Assembly: GCA_041659845.1 (NCBI GenBank)
Contig: JBAZXM010000002.1
Coordinates: forward strand, 4-64,003
Length of the DNA stretch: 64,000 nucleotides
DNA from: Minisyncoccota bacterium
Lineage (GTDB): Bacteria > Patescibacteriota > Minisyncoccia > Phycocordibacterales > UBA9973
Direction of reading: 5' to 3'
Part shown: in pieces, positions 58,404 to 64,000 of the stretch
Layout of the letters: every line of letters starts with the position of its first letter
Numbering within the stretch: the first letter of the stretch is position 1
Made by a program: the position numbers and the translations under genes
Notes under the pieces: generated by a model
Told to the model about the DNA's origin: nothing
What the model saw: only the letters and a program-made list of their open reading frames with translations
Database searches by the model: none

Positions 58404-58517
58404 GAGCGAGGCATACCTTTCTTGCGCCTTCATAGGATGTTGGTTCTGAAAGTCTGTGTTCTGATTATCTCTTCCCATCAAGCTCTCAATAAGCCAGTAT
58501 CTTTTGCTCAAGAACCT

Positions 58518-58697
58518 CTAAACAAGGTCTACTATATCTGTTGTCTTACCATTTGCCTGATTCCAATTAAGCGATTTTTTTACACCTTGTTTTGAATCAT
58601 AGGCCTCACTACTCATACAAACAATTTCTCCATTGCTTGATTTTAGAATCCAATAGTATTGAGCCTTATTATCTTTCTTGATGTAGTATGTTGCCAT
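58518..58697 (-). CDS. YegP/DUF1508 family protein
   Basis: YYWILKSSNGEIVCMSSEAYDSKQG signature. Confidence 0.85.
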   Translation of the reverse strand: MATYYIKKDNKAQYYWILKSSNGEIVCMSSEAYDSKQGVKKSLNWNQANGKTTDIVDLV

Positions 58698-58767
58698 ATA
58701 ACCGTATAAGTATTTTGTGATAAATACCAGTTCGACCAATCTGGCATACTCACTTTACATTCTTACA

Positions 58768-58776
58768 TTATCCACA
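58768..58776 (+). promoter_or_regulatory. Perfect DnaA box
   Basis: TTATCCACA in the divergent yegP-like/antitoxin spacer. Confidence 0.45.
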
Positions 58777-58816
58777 GTCAAGTTGCAAAAAGTGGACAAT
58801 ATGTTAATATCTACGC

Positions 58817-59542
58817 ATGTCTATGTGGATTAAAATAAAGCGCAAAGAAGCCGGTTTTTCCCAGTCGGAAACAGCTAAAAGTCTCGGTATTTCTCGCCCA
58901 ACATACACAAAGCTCGAGCAAGGTCTCGCAAAACCTACAGAGGAACAAAAAGTTCTTCTGGCTCGTATTTTCAATACTTCTTATGAATCTGTTGCTAAAA
59001 ATAGTATGGAGAAGAAAATTATTTCTGAAACCATTTATCCTCAAAGTATACCAAAAGAAAGTGAAGCAAAGTTTAAACAAGTCTTGCTTTACATTGTGAG
59101 CAAGGTTGGTAGTCGGCCAAATATTGGTCAAACTGCCATTTATAAAATTCTTTACTTTATTGATTTTGACTTTTACGAGAAGTTTCAAAAATACTTGATT
59201 GGTGCAACATATATCAAAAATACTCATGGACCGAGTCCAATATCTTTTGCGAAAATCTCGCGTGATTTGGAAGGTCAAGGTAAATTAGTTGAAGTACGGA
59301 GTAAATATTTTAACTATGATCAGAAAAAATACCTAATTACTTCCGAGCCTCAGGTCTCGCTTCTCTCTGCAGAAGAATTGAAGCATATTGATGATGAGCT
59401 TGTTCGACTCGCATCAAAATCAGCAAAAGAATTATCAGATATGTCGCATATTGATACACCGTGGCGTGTGGCTAAGGATAGAGAAGTGCTAAATTATCGT
59501 CACGTATTTTACAGACCGGATGAAACATCTGTATTGAATTAA
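58817..59542 (+). CDS. XRE HTH plus Panacea (DUF4065/SocA-like) antitoxin
   Basis: SQSETAKSLGISRPTYTKLEQG HTH; KILYFIDF, HGP, ELSDMSH..PW. Confidence 0.85.
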   Translation: MSMWIKIKRKEAGFSQSETAKSLGISRPTYTKLEQGLAKPTEEQKVLLARIFNTSYESVAKNSMEKKIISETIYPQSIPKESEAKFKQVLLYIVSKVGSRPNIGQTAIYKILYFIDFDFYEKFQKYLIGATYIKNTHGPSPISFAKISRDLEGQGKLVEVRSKYFNYDQKKYLITSEPQVSLLSAEELKHIDDELVRLASKSAKELSDMSHIDTPWRVAKDREVLNYRHVFYRPDETSVLN

Positions 59543-59546
59543 TACT

Positions 59547-59891
59547 ATGGCAACCTTCAGTCAGTTACCGGAATTTGAGAAAGAATTAAAAAAGCTTTCT
59601 AAAAAATATTCAAGTTTGGAGAACGATATAGATGATATCAAGCCTGTTCTTTTGAGTTGCCCAACAGGCATAGGAAAAAATTTTACTATCATACATTCCG
59701 ATAATGAAATAAAGATAATAAAGGTGCGAATTCATTGCGAATCACTTCATACGAGAACAATCCGACTTATATATGCGTACCATAAAAATAAAATAGAATT
59801 CATTTATATTGAGCTTTATTTTAAAGGAAATAAAGAAAACGAAAACAAAGATAGAATTGAAGAATATTTAAGAGGTATCAAATCATGCTAA
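59547..59891 (+). CDS. RelE/HigB-like toxin
   Basis: PEFEKELKKLSKKY..L..D, KVRI, IRLIYAY, IELYFKG; starts 4 nt after the antitoxin stop. Confidence 0.75.
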   Translation: MATFSQLPEFEKELKKLSKKYSSLENDIDDIKPVLLSCPTGIGKNFTIIHSDNEIKIIKVRIHCESLHTRTIRLIYAYHKNKIEFIYIELYFKGNKENENKDRIEEYLRGIKSC

Positions 59892-59900
59892 AATAACCCT

Positions 59901-60650
59901 ATGTCCGAATTCTATAATCCCAATCGAACAAGGAATATATATGATCCGAAGGAGGAGAAGCCTTTTAAGCTGTCTCGGTCAAAGATTGAACTATATATGA
60001 GTTGTCCGAAGTGCCTTTATTTGGATCGCAGGCTTGGCGTAGGTAGACCACCAGGATTTCCATTTGCTCTCAATTCTGCCGTAGACACTCTATTAAAAAA
60101 GGAATTTGATATACATAGAGCGAAGCAGGTTGCGCACCCGCTTATGAAAGCTTACGGCCTCGATGCTGTGCCTTTTAAACACAAAATGATGAATGAGTGG
60201 CGGGAGAATTTCAAAGGCGTGCAATACTTGCATGAACCTACCAACTTCATTATGACTGGAGCGGTGGATGACCTATGGCACGACAAGGACGGGAATATCA
60301 TTGTTGTAGATTACAAAGCGACAAGCAAACCATCTAAAGTTACACTTGATGCTGACTGGCAGATGGGCTACAAACGCCAGATGGAAATGTATCAATGGCT
60401 GTTGCGCAAGAATGGCTTGAAAGTTTCAGACACCGGCTACTTTGTATACTGTAATGGTAAAACAGATCGTGAAGTCTTTGATGGAAAATTGGAATTTGAT
60501 ATTGATATACTGCCTTATACCGGAGACGATTCATGGGTGGAAGGCGTATTGTATGACATCAAAAGTTGTCTTGATGGTGAAATGCCTGAGCCAAGCTCTG
60601 AGTGTGATTATTGCACATACTGTAATGCAAGGGAAGAAATTGAGAAATAA
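59901..60650 (+). CDS. PD-(D/E)XK nuclease (RecB/AddB/Cas4-like)
   Basis: LSRSKI...CPKC, GAVDD, VDYKAT, QMEMY, CDYC. Confidence 0.85.
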   Translation: MSEFYNPNRTRNIYDPKEEKPFKLSRSKIELYMSCPKCLYLDRRLGVGRPPGFPFALNSAVDTLLKKEFDIHRAKQVAHPLMKAYGLDAVPFKHKMMNEWRENFKGVQYLHEPTNFIMTGAVDDLWHDKDGNIIVVDYKATSKPSKVTLDADWQMGYKRQMEMYQWLLRKNGLKVSDTGYFVYCNGKTDREVFDGKLEFDIDILPYTGDDSWVEGVLYDIKSCLDGEMPEPSSECDYCTYCNAREEIEK

Positions 60651-60651
60651 A

Positions 60652-60915
60652 ATGCAATCATTCCAAGAGAAAGTCTTAAGTATTGTTAAAAAAATTCCTA
60701 AGGGTAAGGTCTTAACTTATAAACAGGTTGCAGAGAAGACGGGGAGTGTGAATGCCTCGCGGGCGGTGGGGAGTATATTGAAGAAGAACTATAATCCGGA
60801 TATTCCATGTCATCGAGTGATCAGAAGTAATGGCGTTGCTGGTGAATACAATCGTGGTCGATCTGAAAAAATCCGCAAACTCAAATCCGAAGGTATAATT
60901 TTCCCAAAGCCCTAA
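60652..60915 (+). CDS. O6-methylguanine-DNA methyltransferase (MGMT family, DNA-binding domain only)
   Basis: IPKGKVLTY, RAVG, PCHRV active site. Start MQSFQ at 60652. Confidence 0.9.
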   Translation: MQSFQEKVLSIVKKIPKGKVLTYKQVAEKTGSVNASRAVGSILKKNYNPDIPCHRVIRSNGVAGEYNRGRSEKIRKLKSEGIIFPKP

Positions 60916-60955
60916 TTTCTTAACCCATCAACATCTTTCTCCTCTCCCAAATCAT

Positions 60956-60986
60956 ATCTCTAATTCGCTCGAATAGGCGAATAGTT
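60956..60986 (+). repeat. 31-bp direct repeat, copy 1 (upstream of arsR)
   Basis: ATCTCTAATTCGCTCGAATAGGCGAATAGTT. Confidence 0.85.
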
Positions 60987-61040
60987 AAGCTGGGTGTATA
61001 ATTGATAGATAACAAAATGGAGTATATAAAATAAATAAGT

Positions 61041-61307
61041 ATGAAAGAAAAAGAATTGGAAAAAATATTTAAAGCCCTTGCTAACAAACGCCGTCTTGCG
61101 ATTCTTAAATATATCAAATCAAAAAATCGCGCATCCGTAGGGGATATTGCTGGCGCGATCAAACGCTCATTCAAGGCGACATCCAAGCACTTGATGATTT
61201 TGCGTAATGTAGACATTCTCGATCGCGAGCAAGAGAGTTTGCAAATGTATTACAGTCTAAATAAACCACTACCGAGCATTATTAATGCAACTCTCTCTGT
61301 TCTGTAA
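61041..61307 (+). CDS. ArsR/SmtB family transcriptional regulator
   Basis: FKALANKRRLAIL...SVGDIA...TSKHLMIL...YYSLN. Confidence 0.9.
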   Translation: MKEKELEKIFKALANKRRLAILKYIKSKNRASVGDIAGAIKRSFKATSKHLMILRNVDILDREQESLQMYYSLNKPLPSIINATLSVL

Positions 61308-61354
61308 ATATTCATAAAACCTTGTTTTTTTCAAGCCCTATTTTTTAGTATTCA

Positions 61355-61385
61355 ATCTCTAATTCGCGCGAATAAGCGAATAGTT
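61355..61385 (+). repeat. 31-bp direct repeat, copy 2 (downstream of arsR)
   Basis: ATCTCTAATTCGCGCGAATAAGCGAATAGTT, 29/31 identical to copy 1. Confidence 0.85.
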
Positions 61386-61437
61386 GGTTTGGGTTCAAAT
61401 AATAAAATTAGATTGCCATAATGCTATAATATAAATT

Positions 61438-62685
61438 ATGAAGAACTTTATTTTTTCCAAAGCATTTAAAATAATTATTATCATTCTGGTTATTGCCGGA
61501 ATTGGTTTGTATCTTTTCAAAACTAAAATCGGTAGCATTAATATACCCACACAAACTCCAGTGTCTGAAACAACTCTACCGAAAGAAGTTGAAGATGCAT
61601 TTATTGCTTCCAACTTTTCAATCCCTGAAGGATTTGGGTTAAATATATTCGCCTCAAATGTCACCGGTGCTCGCGCGCTCGAGATTGATTCGAAGGGGAG
61701 GATTCTCGTTAGTCAGACTAGCGAAGGAAGCATTACAGCTCTTACTGATACAGATAGTGATGGTGTGGCTGATGAACATAAAGTACTCATAAAAGGGCTC
61801 AAGAAGCCCCACGGTATGGCATTCCGATGCGATGGTGCTCTTGGTGCTGAAACATGCTTGCTTTATGTTGCTGAATCAAATGCTCTTTCGCAATTTGATT
61901 ATGATTCCGCAAATCCCTCACTTTCAAATAAAAAGAGGCTCGCTAGTATTTCCTCATCTATCTCAGATAATCACTTCACTCGATCTTTACTATTTATGCC
62001 GTCACCAAATGAAGATACACTGCTTATTTCCGTCGGTTCATCATGTAATGTGTGTATTGAAAAAGATACAGAGTATGCAAAAATTTTGGCCTATGATATT
62101 AAGACAAAAAAACTTACTGAATTTGCTCGCGGTCTTCGAAATTCTGTATTTATGAATTTGAACCCCGTTACCGGTGATGTATGGGCGACAGAAATGGGCA
62201 GGGATTTGTTAGGCGACAATATTCCGCCCGATGAAATAAATATTATCAAAAAAGATAAAAATTACGGATGGCCTAATTGCTACGGCAAAAATATCCATGA
62301 TGATAATTTTGATAAAAATGTATACATACGGAATCCCTGCATGGAGCCGTTTGAAACAGAGTCTCATGTAGATCTACAAGCTCATTCTGCGCCGCTCGGC
62401 TTGTCATTTATCCCGGAAGAAGGCTGGCCAGAATCGCATTGGTATAATCTCCTTGTGGCATATCACGGCTCGTGGAACAGATCAGAACCTACAGGATATA
62501 AGATTGTACGGATTAAACTTGATGCGAAAGGGAAGTATCTAGGCACAGAAGATTTCATCACTGGCTGGCTCACGAAAGATGGTAAGAAGCTCGGTAGGCC
62601 TGCGGATATTAAAATTTTCTCTGGTGGTACTGGGTATATTACCGATGATGGAGCTGGAAGAGTGTATCGTCTAATAAAAAAATAA
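61438..62685 (+). CDS. Glucose/sorbosone (PQQ-type) dehydrogenase beta-propeller, membrane anchored
   Basis: GSSCNVC, GLRNSV, EMGRD.LGDNIPPDEIN, NYGWP.CYG, AHSAPLG, HGSWNR. Confidence 0.88.
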   Translation: MKNFIFSKAFKIIIIILVIAGIGLYLFKTKIGSINIPTQTPVSETTLPKEVEDAFIASNFSIPEGFGLNIFASNVTGARALEIDSKGRILVSQTSEGSITALTDTDSDGVADEHKVLIKGLKKPHGMAFRCDGALGAETCLLYVAESNALSQFDYDSANPSLSNKKRLASISSSISDNHFTRSLLFMPSPNEDTLLISVGSSCNVCIEKDTEYAKILAYDIKTKKLTEFARGLRNSVFMNLNPVTGDVWATEMGRDLLGDNIPPDEINIIKKDKNYGWPNCYGKNIHDDNFDKNVYIRNPCMEPFETESHVDLQAHSAPLGLSFIPEEGWPESHWYNLLVAYHGSWNRSEPTGYKIVRIKLDAKGKYLGTEDFITGWLTKDGKKLGRPADIKIFSGGTGYITDDGAGRVYRLIKK

Positions 62686-62724
62686 AAGGAGAATAGGTGA
62701 GTTTTGTGTATAATAGATTTCATT

Positions 62725-64000
62725 ATGACTCAAGCTGAAGCGCTTAATATTTTAAAATCTGGAGCTAATGTGTATTTGACCGGTAATGCCGGATCGGGCA
62801 AAACATATGTGCTTAACCAATACATCGGTTATTTAAAAGCTCATGGCGTAGAGGTGGCAGTAACTGCTTCTACTGGCATCGCCGCGACTCATATGAACGG
62901 TATCACTATCCATTCGTGGTCTGGGCTTGGTATCAGAGACAGTCTTTCTGATTGGGACCTTGAAGTACTTCAGGAAAAACAAAATTTATTTAAAAGATTC
63001 GAGAAAACGAAAGTCTTGATAATCGATGAAGTCTCGATGCTTCATGCGCGGCAATTAGATATGATTGATCGCATTGCACGGGCATTCAAGCGAAGTGACA
63101 AGCCCTTCGGCGGGATGCAAGTAGTGCTTTCCGGTGATTTTTTTCAATTACCACCGATTACGAGAGATGCGAGTGAGGTATGTTTCGTAGATCAATCAAA
63201 TGCTTGGAAATGCATGGATATTAAAATCTGTTATTTGGAAGAGCAACATCGTCAAGAAAAAGGCGGCATATTTACAAAAATTTTAAATGAAATTCGAAGC
63301 GCGAATGTATCAGAAGAAACAATGCAACATTTTCGCAGTCGATATAGAAAAGCGCCCGAAGGAAGCGTGATGCCGACCAAGCTCTACACGCATAATGCAG
63401 ATGTGGATGCACTTAATAATCGAGAACTTGAAAAATTACCAGGTGATATGGAAGTGTATGAAATGACCTCGCGAGGGAAGGGAAACTTAGTGGAAAATTT
63501 AAAGAAAAGCTGTCTCGCTCCGGAGACGCTTCGCTTAAAAGAGGGTGCGGCAGTGATGTTTGTCAAAAATAATTTTGAAAAAGGATATGCGAACGGCACA
63601 CTCGGAACTGTTATTGGTTTTGATGATTCAGATGCAAGTTTGCCTATTGTGAAATTGAAAGACGGAAGGGAAATCACAGTTTCTTCCGAGAGTTGGGCGG
63701 TGGAGGAGGATGGAAAAGTGAAAGCTGAGATTGACCAAATTCCTCTCCGTCTCGCTTGGGCTATTACAGTCCACAAAAGCCAAGGGATGAGCCTCGATGC
63801 CGCCGAAATCGACCTTTCCAAATCATTCGTCGCGGGCCAAGGGTATGTGGCTCTTTCGCGCCTAAGATCACTCGAGGGGCTTTGCCTCATGGGGCTCAAT
63901 AAAACTGCGCTTGAGGTGGATGCTAGAATTCTAGATCTTGACCAAGAACTTAAAAATCGTTCCGAAGAAATAATGGAAGTTTTTGAAAACCTTGATGAAA
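62725..64000 (+). CDS. PIF1-family SF1B DNA helicase, 3' partial (not in the ORF track because no stop codon falls in the window)
   Basis: TGNAGSGKT, IIDEVSM, GDFFQLPP, QIPLRLAWAITVHKSQGMSLD, GQGYVALSR. Confidence 0.93.
   Translation, partial: MTQAEALNILKSGANVYLTGNAGSGKTYVLNQYIGYLKAHGVEVAVTASTGIAATHMNGITIHSWSGLGIRDSLSDWDLEVLQEKQNLFKRFEKTKVLIIDEVSMLHARQLDMIDRIARAFKRSDKPFGGMQVVLSGDFFQLPPITRDASEVCFVDQSNAWKCMDIKICYLEEQHRQEKGGIFTKILNEIRSANVSEETMQHFRSRYRKAPEGSVMPTKLYTHNADVDALNNRELEKLPGDMEVYEMTSRGKGNLVENLKKSCLAPETLRLKEGAAVMFVKNNFEKGYANGTLGTVIGFDDSDASLPIVKLKDGREITVSSESWAVEEDGKVKAEIDQIPLRLAWAITVHKSQGMSLDAAEIDLSKSFVAGQGYVALSRLRSLEGLCLMGLNKTALEVDARILDLDQELKNRSEEIMEVFENLDE

Noticed and set aside
58386-58478. 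30-codon minus-strand ORF (MGRDNQ...) downstream of the YegP-like gene
   Set aside because: Short, no recognisable motif, and it runs into the terminator.
44528-58776. Replication origin suggested by DnaA boxes
   Set aside because: Only isolated boxes (44528 and 58768); no box cluster and no dnaA or dnaN.
59901-60650. Cas4 of a CRISPR locus
   Set aside because: No cas genes or array nearby; it fits a stand-alone PD-(D/E)XK nuclease.
63384-63899. Antisense and nested ORFs (e.g. 63384-63899, 9498-10076, 19859-20356, 58811-59278)
   Set aside because: They are shadows of well-supported genes in another strand or frame and contain no recognisable motifs.
1-64000. Alternative genetic code (TGA = Gly, as in Gracilibacteria)
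   Set aside because: Conserved genes translate full length under the standard code, and TGA acts as a stop (e.g. scpA, cysS).
1-64000. tRNA, rRNA, riboswitch, IS element or integrase
   Set aside because: No cloverleaf, rRNA-like stretch or transposase/integrase motif was recognised by eye; tRNAscan-SE and Infernal would be needed to exclude them.

Overview
This 64-kb chromosomal window looks like a Patescibacteria (CPR, Parcubacteria-like) genome read with the standard genetic code. That assignment is inferred from the short AlaRS and AspRS, several CPR-typical genes and scarce Shine-Dalgarno sites. The core backbone is mltG, mnmA, alaS, infA-rpmJ-rpsM-rpsK-rpsD-rpoA-rplQ-rplM-rpsI, grpE-dnaK-dnaJ, cysS, rplU, recR, dnaB, trpS, aspS, scpAB, a D,D-carboxypeptidase, mraY and a PIF1-like helicase. 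Three accessory blocks interrupt it. (1) At 21.0-30.6 kb, a signal-peptide-bearing SpvB/FG-GAP/RHS protein ends in an M15-type zinc peptidase and is followed by three candidate immunity genes and a membrane-anchored protein with a C-terminal Hint domain. (2) At 32.2-38.5 kb, an AT-rich island centres on an aldehyde-dehydrogenase-fold enzyme that lacks the general-base Glu and is fused to a class I LysRS-type tRNA anticodon-binding domain. Its neighbours are an SMR transporter, an orphan histidine kinase, a GNAT, a QueC-like protein, a DUF397 protein and an alpha/beta hydrolase; this is the best candidate for an undescribed system. (3) At 55.1-60.9 kb, an MmeI-like type IIL R-M enzyme sits with an HTH-Panacea/RelE-like toxin-antitoxin pair and a PD-(D/E)XK nuclease. 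Non-coding signals include a family of loopless perfect palindromes (core CGCYATRGCG), a 31-bp direct repeat flanking an arsR gene, a long GC-rich hairpin between scpA and scpB, many probable leaderless promoters and several self-contained orphan gene cassettes. No tRNA, rRNA, CRISPR array or transposase was recognised. All calls come from reading motifs by eye; no searches were run.
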